Of a DNA stretch of 64,000 nt, positions 31,331 to 40,548 are shown piece after piece. The translations under genes were made by a program, and so were the position numbers. This DNA is from Lachnoclostridium sp. UBA2905 (GTDB lineage Bacteria > Bacillota > Clostridia > Lachnospirales > Lachnospiraceae), in the NCBI GenBank assembly GCA_002349525.1, contig DEDL01000032.1, positions 60,737 through 124,736 on the forward strand, written 5' to 3'. Every line of letters begins with the position of its first letter. Within the stretch, counting starts at the first letter, position 1. The notes under the pieces were generated by a model. The model worked only from the letters and a program-made list of their open reading frames with translations. It searched no databases and was not told the origin of the DNA.

Positions 31331-32902
31331 ATGATTAGGATGTTTTGTAATTCCCAGAGAAATGAATATGACATAAGGCCGCTTATAATGTCATTTTTCC
31401 CGGGAGAGACTTTGGAATATGAGGTTAAGGATTTATCAGCATGTGAGAATATATCTGATATTATCGAAGAACTTGAAAAGAATATACATAGCGGCGAGGT
31501 AGTAACCGGAGAAGACACAGTGATTCTCGGGGCGTTTTGTGATGGAGTAATATGGTGTAAGCTTATAGAAAAAGATGGCAGACAAACCTGGGAGAGCCAG
31601 ATACTCAATGAAAACATCACAGACAAGTGTTACAGAGATACACTTAAAAGATTCATATACAGAGTACTTAAGGAGGGTCTTAAGAGAACTGTAAAGTGGG
31701 GAACACTTACAGGAGTCAGACCTTCAAAGGTCCCAATGAAATATCTTTTGGAGGGGCTTGATGAGAAGTCGACGGTTTCAAAGCTTATGGACGAATATTA
31801 TATGTCCGAAGAGAAGGCTCATTTGTCCACAACTGTAGCGAAAAATGAGCTTGCTGTACTTGAAAATACCGGTTATGAAACCGGCTACAGTGTATATATT
31901 GGAATTCCATTTTGTCCTACAGTATGTAATTACTGTTCATTTTCCTCAATATCCTTAGCAAAGCTTAAGGATGGAGAAAAATTAATGTTGGACTACCTGG
32001 CTGCGCTTAAAAAAGAGTGTCAGGCAGTTAAGGAAATGATGCAGGGAAAAAGGATGACATCACTTTATGTGGGTGGGGGAACGCCTACAGCCCTTAACGA
32101 AGAAGGACTTAAGCTCCTTATGGATATGATACGTGAGAACTTTGACGTGGATGGTTCATGTGAATTTACTGTTGAGGCAGGAAGGCCTGACAGTATAAAT
32201 GAGGAAAAGCTTAGAATTCTTAAGGATGCCAGGGTTACGAGAATATCAGTTAATCCCCAGACCATGAAGGATGACACACTGAAAATAATGGGAAGAAACC
32301 ATACGGTCTGTCAGGTTAAGGAAGCATTCCATATGGCAAGAAGAATGGGATTCGATAATATTAATATGGATCTTATTGCCGGGCTTATGGATGAAAGTGT
32401 ATTTGATTTTGAAAATACCATGAAGGAGATTATGGCCTTAGGGCCTGATTCATTTACTGTGCATTCGCTTGTTGTAAAACGAGCTTCAAGATATAGGAAT
32501 GAACAGGAAAAGAATAAACATGAGGGTGCCACAGACCAGATAGCAGATGATAAGGGCTTTAGCAATGATACGGTGGAGGATATGCTTTCCATAGCAGAAA
32601 AGTGTGCAGGCGACAATTCATATGAACCGTATTATATGTACAGACAGAAAAATAAGGCAGGGCTTGGATGTAATTCAGTCCTTGAAAATGTGGGTTATTC
32701 AAAAAAAGGCAAAGAGGGCTTGTACAATATTCTTATAATGGAAGAAATGCAGTCCATAATTGCCCTGGGAGCAGGTGCTTCCAGTAAGCTCCTGTTTGGA
32801 GACAGGATAGAGAGGGTTGCTAACGTGAAGAATGTATATGAATATATTAGCAGAATAGATGAGATGATAGAACGCAAGAGGAGAGGCCTTAATGATGAAT
32901 AA
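31331..32902 (+). CDS. hemZ: HemZ-type radical SAM protein (HemN family)
   Basis: 'WGTLTGVRPSK', 'CPTVCNYC', 'GGGTPT', 'EAGRPD', 'YMYRQK'. Confidence 0.9.
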   Translation: MIRMFCNSQRNEYDIRPLIMSFFPGETLEYEVKDLSACENISDIIEELEKNIHSGEVVTGEDTVILGAFCDGVIWCKLIEKDGRQTWESQILNENITDKCYRDTLKRFIYRVLKEGLKRTVKWGTLTGVRPSKVPMKYLLEGLDEKSTVSKLMDEYYMSEEKAHLSTTVAKNELAVLENTGYETGYSVYIGIPFCPTVCNYCSFSSISLAKLKDGEKLMLDYLAALKKECQAVKEMMQGKRMTSLYVGGGTPTALNEEGLKLLMDMIRENFDVDGSCEFTVEAGRPDSINEEKLRILKDARVTRISVNPQTMKDDTLKIMGRNHTVCQVKEAFHMARRMGFDNINMDLIAGLMDESVFDFENTMKEIMALGPDSFTVHSLVVKRASRYRNEQEKNKHEGATDQIADDKGFSNDTVEDMLSIAEKCAGDNSYEPYYMYRQKNKAGLGCNSVLENVGYSKKGKEGLYNILIMEEMQSIIALGAGASSKLLFGDRIERVANVKNVYEYISRIDEMIERKRRGLNDE

Positions 32903-33545
32903 TGGAGAAAATAACATGATCAGTGATATGGTTGTGGACTTTTCAGAGGCAATTTCTCATGGTATGATAGTAAGCAGGTTTGCAGTTCTTGTTTCAAAAG
33001 AATTAGGACTATCTGATGAGTTTTGTGATAAAATAGCTATGGCAGGTTTTCTTCATGATATCGGAAAATTGAGGATATCTGAGCAGCTTCACCTTGACAG
33101 GTCCAAGGCCATGGTAGTAGAAAAGATGAAATATGTAAGAATGCATGCGACCTTTAGCAGGGATATTCTTGCTGAACAGGGTTTTGATGGGGAGATATGC
33201 GATATTGTATATCATCATCATGAAAATAATGATGGAAGTGGTTATCCCTGCAATATATCAGGAGATGACATTCCTTTGGGAGCAAGAATTATCAGGGTTT
33301 GTGATGTTTATACGGCACTGATATCCAAAAGATCGTATAGAGAAGCATTCTCAAAGAAAGTTGCTGTTGAACTGATGATAGAAGAAGCAAAGCATTTTGA
33401 TATGAAAATATTCCTGGCATTTTTAAGAGTGCTTCACTCGGAGGATAACAAGAGCATAGAAAAGCTTCTTGAAAAGTCCATAGAAAAAGATGCCGCAGAT
33501 TATTTTAAAAAATATATTACAGGTGAGACAAATCTCACATCATAG
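32892..33545 (+). CDS. Stand-alone HD-GYP domain phosphodiesterase
   Basis: 'LHDIGK', 'HHHENNDGSGYP', 'ARIIRVCDVYTA', 'RSYR'. Confidence 0.88.
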   Translation: MMNNGENNMISDMVVDFSEAISHGMIVSRFAVLVSKELGLSDEFCDKIAMAGFLHDIGKLRISEQLHLDRSKAMVVEKMKYVRMHATFSRDILAEQGFDGEICDIVYHHHENNDGSGYPCNISGDDIPLGARIIRVCDVYTALISKRSYREAFSKKVAVELMIEEAKHFDMKIFLAFLRVLHSEDNKSIEKLLEKSIEKDAADYFKKYITGETNLTS

Positions 33546-33622
33546 CAGGAGTACCTGGTATTCCAGAGCAGATAATGAGTCTGAAAACTATGAAATAAAA
33601 GATGAAAGGACAGGTTTTAGTT

Positions 33623-35452
33623 ATGGCTGAATCAATGAAAGGAATGCACAGAACCCATAGATGTACAGAGCTTTCCGTTGCCAATGTCGGAGAGAAAGTT
33701 ACAGTAATGGGATGGGTGCAGAAGAGTAGAAATAAGGGAGGAATCATCTTTGTAGACCTTCGTGACAGGAGTGGAATCCTTCAGATAATATTCGAAGGAA
33801 AGGACATAGATGAAGCTGGATTTGCAAAGGCTGAAAAACTTAGAAGTGAATATGTAATCGCTGTTACAGGTATTGTTGAGTCAAGAGGTGGACAGGTTAA
33901 TGAAAACCTTGCAACAGGAGCAATAGAAATACGTGCCAATGATATCAGAGTATTATCAGAATCAGAGACACCACCATTTCCAATTGAAGAAAACAGCAAG
34001 ACAAAAGAAGAATTAAGACTCAAATATCGTTATCTTGATCTTAGAAGACCTGATATTCAGAAAAACCTTATTATGAGAAGCAAGGTTGCTACACTTATAA
34101 GACAGTTCCTTTCTGATGAGGGATTTCTTGAGATAGAAACACCTATTCTTAATAAGAGTACACCAGAGGGAGCAAGAGATTATCTTGTACCAAGCCGTGT
34201 TCATCCGGGAGAATTTTATGCACTTCCACAGTCACCACAGCTTTTTAAACAGCTTCTTATGGTGTCTGGGTACGACAGATATTTCCAGATAGCAAAGTGC
34301 TTCAGAGATGAGGACCTTCGTGCTGACAGACAGCCTGAGTTTACACAGGTGGATATGGAGCTTTCATTTGTTGATGTTGACGACGTTATTGAGGTAAATG
34401 AGCGTCTCCTTAAGAAGATGTTTAAGGAGACAATTGGTGTAGAGGTTTCTCTTCCAATCCAGAGAATGACATACAAAGAGGCTATGGACAGATTTGGTTC
34501 TGATAAGCCTGATACAAGATTTGGCATGGAGCTTACAGACGTTACTGGGGTTGTTAAGGGATGTGGCTTTGGAGTATTTACCGGTGCGATTGAAAATGGC
34601 GGAAGCGTACGTGGTATTAACGCAAAAGGCTGTGGCCAGATGCCTCGTAAGAAAATTGATGCACTTGTTAATTTTGCCAAGGATTTTGGAGCAAAGGGAC
34701 TTGCATATATCCAGCTTCAGGATGATGGCAATGTAAAATCATCATTTGCCAAATTTATGACAGAGGACGAGATGAAAGCACTTATTGATGCAATGGGCGG
34801 AGAAAAAGGAGACCTTCTTTTATTTGCCGCTGATAAGAATAAGGTTGTATTTGATGTACTTGGTAATCTTCGTCTTGAGCTTGCAAAACAGCTTGATATT
34901 ATACCTAAAGATAAGTTTAATTTCCTCTGGGTTACAGAGTTCCCACTTTTCGAGTGGTCAGAGGAGGAAAACAGATATACAGCGATGCATCATCCATTTA
35001 CAATGCCTATGGAAGAGGATCTTGACAAGCTTGATACTGATCCGGGCAGTGTTCGTGCAAAGGCTTATGATATTATCCTTAATGGTAATGAAATCGGTGG
35101 AGGTTCAGTAAGAATCCATCAGGATGATATTCAGGAGAAGATGTTTGAAAAGCTTGGTTTCACTAAGGAAGAGGCGTACAGCCAGTTTGGTTTCCTTATG
35201 ACTGCATTTAAATATGGAGTACCACCACACGCAGGACTTGCATATGGTTTTGACAGACTTATTATGCTTATGGCAGGAGTTGACAGTATCCGTGAGGTTA
35301 TTGCATTCCCTAAAGTTAAGGATGCATCATGTCTTATGTGTAATGCACCAAGTCCTGTTGCTAAGAACCAGCTTGAGGAGCTCGGAATAGAGCTTACAGA
35401 GGAAGCAGAGGAAGAGCTTAGTGAAGGTGGTGCAGAGGAAAGCGCAGAATAA
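33623..35452 (+). CDS. aspS: Aspartate--tRNA ligase
   Basis: 'FVDLRDRSG', 'LRLKYRYLDLRR', 'EGARDYLVP', 'FRDEDLRADRQPEFTQ', 'PPHAGLAYG'. Confidence 0.99.
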   Translation: MAESMKGMHRTHRCTELSVANVGEKVTVMGWVQKSRNKGGIIFVDLRDRSGILQIIFEGKDIDEAGFAKAEKLRSEYVIAVTGIVESRGGQVNENLATGAIEIRANDIRVLSESETPPFPIEENSKTKEELRLKYRYLDLRRPDIQKNLIMRSKVATLIRQFLSDEGFLEIETPILNKSTPEGARDYLVPSRVHPGEFYALPQSPQLFKQLLMVSGYDRYFQIAKCFRDEDLRADRQPEFTQVDMELSFVDVDDVIEVNERLLKKMFKETIGVEVSLPIQRMTYKEAMDRFGSDKPDTRFGMELTDVTGVVKGCGFGVFTGAIENGGSVRGINAKGCGQMPRKKIDALVNFAKDFGAKGLAYIQLQDDGNVKSSFAKFMTEDEMKALIDAMGGEKGDLLLFAADKNKVVFDVLGNLRLELAKQLDIIPKDKFNFLWVTEFPLFEWSEEENRYTAMHHPFTMPMEEDLDKLDTDPGSVRAKAYDIILNGNEIGGGSVRIHQDDIQEKMFEKLGFTKEEAYSQFGFLMTAFKYGVPPHAGLAYGFDRLIMLMAGVDSIREVIAFPKVKDASCLMCNAPSPVAKNQLEELGIELTEEAEEELSEGGAEESAE

Positions 35453-35515
35453 TCTGCAGAATACTTTACAGAACACTCTGCAGAATACTTTACAGAATAC
35501 TCTGTAGAAGATTAT
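35432..35515 (+). repeat. 12-bp tandem array spanning the aspS stop ([G/A]CAGAATACT[C/T]T), with a 24-bp higher-order repeat
   Basis: gcagaataatct gcagaatacttt acagaacactct gcagaatacttt acagaatactct gtagaagattat. Confidence 0.9.
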
Positions 35516-35668
35516 CTATTGTTACTTAAGAACAGGATAATATGCCCCAGACCGTGGTAAAGATTACAGATTCGGTCTGGGATTACGCGTAAAACAAATA
35601 ATGTCAAGAGGCTCAGAACGAGGTAGAGCTTACAGACCAAGTCTGGGGTCAAAATAAGGAGAATTGAT

Positions 35669-36721
35669 ATGGGAATAAAGACGGATGTATTTGGTAAAAC
35701 AGCGGAGGGAACACAGGTTTATAAAATAACACTTTGCAATGACAATGGAATGAAGGTTTCATGTATTAATTATGGAGCCAATATTGTCAGCATTGAAGTT
35801 CCTGACAAGTCAGGAAAGACAATTGATGTCTGCCTTGGTTTTGACAGTGTTGAAGAATATGAAGTGAACCCACCATTTTTCGGAGCATTTATTGGAAGAT
35901 GTGCAAACCGTGTGGGTGGTGCATCATTTACAATCAATGGAAACACCTACCAGCTTGCAAAGAATGAAAAGGACAAAAACACACTTCACAGTGGCGCACC
36001 TTTTTATCATAAGGTGCTGTACGATTACAAGGATGTATCAGCAGATGGAGTAAGTGCAGTTTGTCTTTCAAGATTAAGTCCGGATATGGAGCAGGGATTT
36101 CCGGGAAATCTTGATGTAAGTGTAACATACAGCCTTACCAATGATAATGAGCTTATTATCGAATATGGTGCCCGGTCGGACAAAGATACGGTTGTGAACT
36201 TTACAAACCATTCATACTTTAACCTTGATGGCAATGCAAGTGGTAATGTTGAGAATCATAAGGTGTATATTAATGCTGAGAAATATACTGCGACAACATC
36301 TGAGCTTATTCCAACAGGTGAGCTTGCAGATATTAAGGGAACCCCACTTGATTTTACAAGTGAAAAGCGTGTAGGCGAAGACATAGACAAGGATATGGAT
36401 ACACTTAAGTATGGAAAGGGCTATGATCTTAATTATGCAATAAATAAGCCATTGGGTGAATTTGGACTTGCTGCAAGAGCAAAGGGAGAAAATGGTCTTG
36501 TAATGGAAGTATACACAGACCTCCCTGGTGTACAGTTCTATACCGGTAATAACATTGGAGCTGGCCTTAAGGGTAAAGCTGATTGTACATATGGACCAAG
36601 ATCAGGACTCTGCTTTGAAACACAGCAGTTCCCTAATGCCTGCAATATAGACAGCTTCCCATCCTGTATTCTTAAGGCGGGAGAAAAATTTGTTTCAAAA
36701 ACAATGTACAAATTTCTGTAA
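35669..36721 (+). CDS. galM: Aldose 1-epimerase (galactose mutarotase)
   Basis: 'GRCANR', 'LHSG', 'GFPGNL', 'NFTNHSYFNL', 'CFETQ'. Confidence 0.93.
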   Translation: MGIKTDVFGKTAEGTQVYKITLCNDNGMKVSCINYGANIVSIEVPDKSGKTIDVCLGFDSVEEYEVNPPFFGAFIGRCANRVGGASFTINGNTYQLAKNEKDKNTLHSGAPFYHKVLYDYKDVSADGVSAVCLSRLSPDMEQGFPGNLDVSVTYSLTNDNELIIEYGARSDKDTVVNFTNHSYFNLDGNASGNVENHKVYINAEKYTATTSELIPTGELADIKGTPLDFTSEKRVGEDIDKDMDTLKYGKGYDLNYAINKPLGEFGLAARAKGENGLVMEVYTDLPGVQFYTGNNIGAGLKGKADCTYGPRSGLCFETQQFPNACNIDSFPSCILKAGEKFVSKTMYKFL

Positions 36722-36820
36722 ATAATTATATTAGAAATTGATTGTCAAATTGAATAACAATCCTATTATCAGGTGAATATTATATCATAGTATTCTTGAA
36801 AAGTAGGATTGGAGACAGGG

Positions 36821-37273
36821 ATGTTAAGTATATTTGGCAAGCTTTTATGCAGGGAACTTGGTAAAGAAAGATATGATATATATTTTGAGAATTATAGTTT
36901 TGGAAGCAATAAGAATGACATAATATTTGGTGATATATATAAGTTTCTTATGAAGGAGGATATAGAATCACTTCAGTGTATGCTTGAGAGACTTCTTGCG
37001 GCTACGAATCTCACCCTGCGGGTATGCAGACAATACATTTTTGTCTGGCTGGGCACAGTTGTAACAATTATATGTATGTTTATACTTGCCCTGCCAGGCA
37101 TTTTGCGTACTGCAGGTATTGTTTTAGTACTGGCAGCATTTGGCTATAAAAGTATTGTGTATATGATTAACAGATTCTGTTACGTGGATGCCAATATAAC
37201 TCTGATATATAAGACGGCACTGTATCACAGGATACTTACTGTCAATATGAATAAGATAAAAACAATAAAATAA
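36821..37273 (+). CDS. Hypothetical membrane protein (2 TM)
   Basis: Clean ORF with a hydrophobic hairpin; start uncertain (TTG36809 or ATG36821). Confidence 0.7.
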   Translation: MLSIFGKLLCRELGKERYDIYFENYSFGSNKNDIIFGDIYKFLMKEDIESLQCMLERLLAATNLTLRVCRQYIFVWLGTVVTIICMFILALPGILRTAGIVLVLAAFGYKSIVYMINRFCYVDANITLIYKTALYHRILTVNMNKIKTIK

Positions 37274-37645
37274 AAGCTGCGGTTGATATCAACCACAGCT
37301 GAATTTTTCTATAGGAGAGATTGGGACTCTCCTATTTTGAAAGAGTAAAAGAGGAGTTCTGCAAGTATTTCCTGCAGTTTATTTATGAAAAAACTAATAA
37401 GCAAAATAAAATATCAATTGGGAAGTCATCATGTTTATTGGCACTCCCTCATTTGATGTATTCATTGTACAATAAGTTTTGTGATTATGTGTGTATAGTT
37501 TATGAACATACTGTAACAAAAAAGCAAGAAAAAATTGAATAAGTTATGTGATTTACGGTACATAGAAAAGGTAGAAAAAATAAAAAAAATATGATAAAAT
37601 ATTAAACATAAATATTTGTTGAATACGATACAGGGGGTGCATAGT

Positions 37646-38245
37646 ATGAGTAATAAAATAGTATTAATAGACAGACAGTATGGAAGTGGTGGACGAGAAG
37701 TTGGCAAGATAATTGCTGATAAAAAGAATATACCTTTTTATGATGGTGAGATGCTTTTTATAGCCGCTGAGAAATATGGTTTTAATCCTGGTGTCATGCA
37801 GGAATATGATGAGAAGAATGTTAAGAGTATGATATATATGATTGCGATGACAGCAGAATACAATGGAATAACAAGAGGAGCATCTACACTTCCACAGAAC
37901 ATGTATAATGCAATGTCTGATACAATTATGAAGCTTGCAAAAGAAGGCCCATGTGTTATTATGGGAAGGTGTGCTGACTATATATTGAAGGGTTATGCGG
38001 ATTATGTATCTGCTTTCATATATGCTTCGGATATGGAAGAGAGGGTTAAGAGAGCAATTGAGGTTGATAATGTATCACCTAAGGATACAGAATCTTATAT
38101 TAAAAAGAAAGATAAACAAAGGAGAGACTATTATAACTTCTATACAGATGGAAAGTGGGGAGAGACTGTTAATTATGACATATGTCTTAACACATCTGCT
38201 ATAGGTTATGCAAAATGTGCAGACATTATTATGGAGTTAATGTAG
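37646..38245 (+). CDS. Cytidylate kinase-like family protein
   Basis: 'IDRQYGSGGREVG', 'VIMGRCADYIL', 'YDICLNT'. Confidence 0.88.
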   Translation: MSNKIVLIDRQYGSGGREVGKIIADKKNIPFYDGEMLFIAAEKYGFNPGVMQEYDEKNVKSMIYMIAMTAEYNGITRGASTLPQNMYNAMSDTIMKLAKEGPCVIMGRCADYILKGYADYVSAFIYASDMEERVKRAIEVDNVSPKDTESYIKKKDKQRRDYYNFYTDGKWGETVNYDICLNTSAIGYAKCADIIMELM

Positions 38246-38267
38246 ATCAGATATTGAATACTCCGAG

Positions 38268-39056
38268 TTGCAGAATGCATTTAAGGTTACTAATAGATTA
38301 ATATGTATTATGTTGAAAAGAGGAATTAGAGACGGAATACCTATTGCACTGGGTTATTTTTCAGTATCATTTTCATTTGGAATACTGGCAGTAGCCAATG
38401 GTTTTTCAGTGCTCGAAACACTGCTTATATCAATTACTAATCTTACATCAGCAGGTCAGTTTGCCGGAATTACCGTTATGGCAACAATGGGAAGCTTTAT
38501 TGAGATGGCAGTTACCCAGTTTGTGATTAATCTCAGGTATTCACTTATGGCCATATCCTTGTCACAGAAGGTGGATTCCAAATTTACGGGAATATACAGG
38601 GCAATCCTGGGAGTAGGAATTACTGACGAGATATTTGCAGTTGCCATGGGTAACAGGAATGAAGTGTCCAGAAGATATTTTCTTGGACTTATGACACTTC
38701 CTTATCTTGGCTGGAGTTTTGGAACTCTGGCTGGAGCGGTTTGTGGCAATGTATTGCCAAAGATTGTGTGTGATTCGTTGGGAATTGCTCTTTATGGTAT
38801 GTTTATAGCCATTGTGGTTCCGGATATGAAGAAGGATATGAAAAAGGTCATAGTAGTATTTACTGCTATTGCTATAAGCTGTATCTTATATTACATACCA
38901 TTATTTAAGTTTGTATCATCAGGCTTTGCAGTTATAATAAGTGCAATAGCAGCTTCACTTGTTGGAGCATATCTATCTGTAAAGGATAAGAAAACACAAA
39001 CTGATTCACATACAAAAGTTCAGAATTTGGGAGAAAATATTGATGGAAACATATGA
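38268..39056 (+). CDS. azlC: AzlC family branched-chain amino acid exporter permease
   Basis: 'PIALGY', 'SAGQFA', 'NLRY', 'TDEIFA'; start uncertain (ATG38310 possible). Confidence 0.9.
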   Translation: MQNAFKVTNRLICIMLKRGIRDGIPIALGYFSVSFSFGILAVANGFSVLETLLISITNLTSAGQFAGITVMATMGSFIEMAVTQFVINLRYSLMAISLSQKVDSKFTGIYRAILGVGITDEIFAVAMGNRNEVSRRYFLGLMTLPYLGWSFGTLAGAVCGNVLPKIVCDSLGIALYGMFIAIVVPDMKKDMKKVIVVFTAIAISCILYYIPLFKFVSSGFAVIISAIAASLVGAYLSVKDKKTQTDSHTKVQNLGENIDGNI

Positions 39057-39357
39057 TTTTATACTTTTCTTAAAATATTTGGCTGTAATGGCAGGGGTAA
39101 CATATCTTATAAGAGCCCTGCCATTTATAGTTTTTCGTAAAAAAATAGAAAATGCCTTTATCAGTGCTTTTTTGGATTATATTCCATATGCTGTACTTGC
39201 AGCAATGACAGTACCTGCCATTTTCTATTCTACAGCATCTGTACCTGCATCAGTAGCAGGCTTTGTAGTGGCAGTTATTCTGGCTTACAGGGAAAAGAGT
39301 CTTATTGTCACTTCTCTTTGCGCAAGTGCGGCAGTCTTTATTGTTTTGCTATTCTAA
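39040..39357 (+). CDS. azlD: AzlD family protein
   Basis: Overlaps azlC; 'TYLIRALPF', 'YIPYAVLAA'. Confidence 0.88.
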   Translation: MMETYDFILFLKYLAVMAGVTYLIRALPFIVFRKKIENAFISAFLDYIPYAVLAAMTVPAIFYSTASVPASVAGFVVAVILAYREKSLIVTSLCASAAVFIVLLF

Positions 39358-39396
39358 AAAAATCCTAAAAATGAGGTTTGTCAAAATTTTATCAAA

Positions 39397-39432
39397 ACGT
39401 GTCTTGTCACATGAAAAGACATGTGCTATACT
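39397..39432 (+). promoter_or_regulatory. nadABC promoter with putative NiaR operator over the -35
   Basis: TTGTCA(39404)-17-TATACT(39427); near-palindrome ACGTGTCTTGTCACATG; niaR is in the same cluster. Confidence 0.6.
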
Positions 39433-39464
39433 TCTGCAAAACAAGTAGTAAAGTGCCAGTGCAT

Positions 39465-39528
39465 GTAAAATCTGAAACATGTAAGATCTGAAATGTGTGA
39501 AATCTGAAATATGTAAGAGCTGAAACTC
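39465..39528 (+). repeat. 16-bp tandem array x4 in the nadA leader (GTAA[A/G]ATCTGAAA...)
   Basis: gtaaaatctgaaacat gtaagatctgaaatgt gtgaaatctgaaatat gtaagagctgaaactc. Confidence 0.88.
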
Positions 39529-39556
39529 ATAAGATTAATATGCACCAGCTTACGCA

Positions 39557-40507
39557 ATGATTATTAAGAAGGATAAGATTACAATTATGACAAAAACAGA
39601 AAAGATTGAAAAGATTAAAGAACTTAAAATTAAAAAGGATGCAGTTATTCTTGCACATTACTATGTAAGTGATGAAGTTCAGGAAATTGCTGACTACATA
39701 GGTGATTCATATTTTTTGAGCAAAAAAGCTACAGAGCTTACTAACAAAACAATCGTATTTGCAGGAGTATCATTTATGGGAGAAAGTGCAAAGCTTCTTA
39801 ACAGTGAGAAAACTGTTCTTATGCCTGATATGACAGCAGACTGTCCAATGGCTCATATGGTTACTAAGGAAGTAATTGATAAGGCAAGGGCAGAATATGA
39901 TGATCTGAGTGTTGTATGCTATATCAATTCAACCGCTGAGATAAAATCCTGGTCTGATGTGTGTGTAACATCAGCCAATGCTGTTAAAATCGTAAAAAAC
40001 CTTCCTAACAAACACATTTTATTTATTCCTGATAAGAATCTTGGACATTATGTAGCAAAGATGGTACCTGAAAAGGAATTTGTATTCAACGACGGATATT
40101 GCCCACGCCATGAGTTTATGAAGGCTGATGAGGTGAAGGAGCTTATGAGTGAGCATCCTGGAGTGAAGGTACTTGCTCATCCTGAGTGTAACAGTGAAAT
40201 ACTTGAACTTGCAGATTACATAGGTTCAACAACAGGAATTATTAATTACAGCAGGGACAGTGAAGATAAGGAATTCATTATATGCACTGTTATGGGTGTT
40301 AATTATGAACTTAAAAGATTAAGACCTGATGCAAAATTTTATTTTACAAAGACACCTCCTGTGTGCGTTAACATGATGAAGAACTCATTGGAAAAAATAA
40401 TTGATGTCTTGGAAAATGGTAAAAATGAAATGGAACTGCCTGAAGAAGAAATTGGAGAAAAGGCTAAACTTACGTTGGATAGAATGCTTGAACTTGCTGC
40501 CAGATAA
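39557..40507 (+). CDS. nadA: Quinolinate synthase
   Basis: 'ILAHYY', 'IGDSY', 'DCPMA', 'CYINST', 'CPRH', 'AHPEC', 'CVNM'; start may be ATG39587. Confidence 0.96.
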   Translation: MIIKKDKITIMTKTEKIEKIKELKIKKDAVILAHYYVSDEVQEIADYIGDSYFLSKKATELTNKTIVFAGVSFMGESAKLLNSEKTVLMPDMTADCPMAHMVTKEVIDKARAEYDDLSVVCYINSTAEIKSWSDVCVTSANAVKIVKNLPNKHILFIPDKNLGHYVAKMVPEKEFVFNDGYCPRHEFMKADEVKELMSEHPGVKVLAHPECNSEILELADYIGSTTGIINYSRDSEDKEFIICTVMGVNYELKRLRPDAKFYFTKTPPVCVNMMKNSLEKIIDVLENGKNEMELPEEEIGEKAKLTLDRMLELAAR

Positions 40508-40548
40508 AAAGAATGTAATGGCAGATATAAACCGGAAAGGATGATATT

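Noticed and set aside
37321-37707. ORFs 37321-37542 (+) and 37462-37707 (-) in an AT-rich gap
   Set aside because: No convincing RBS or domain; composition looks like promoter/intergenic DNA.
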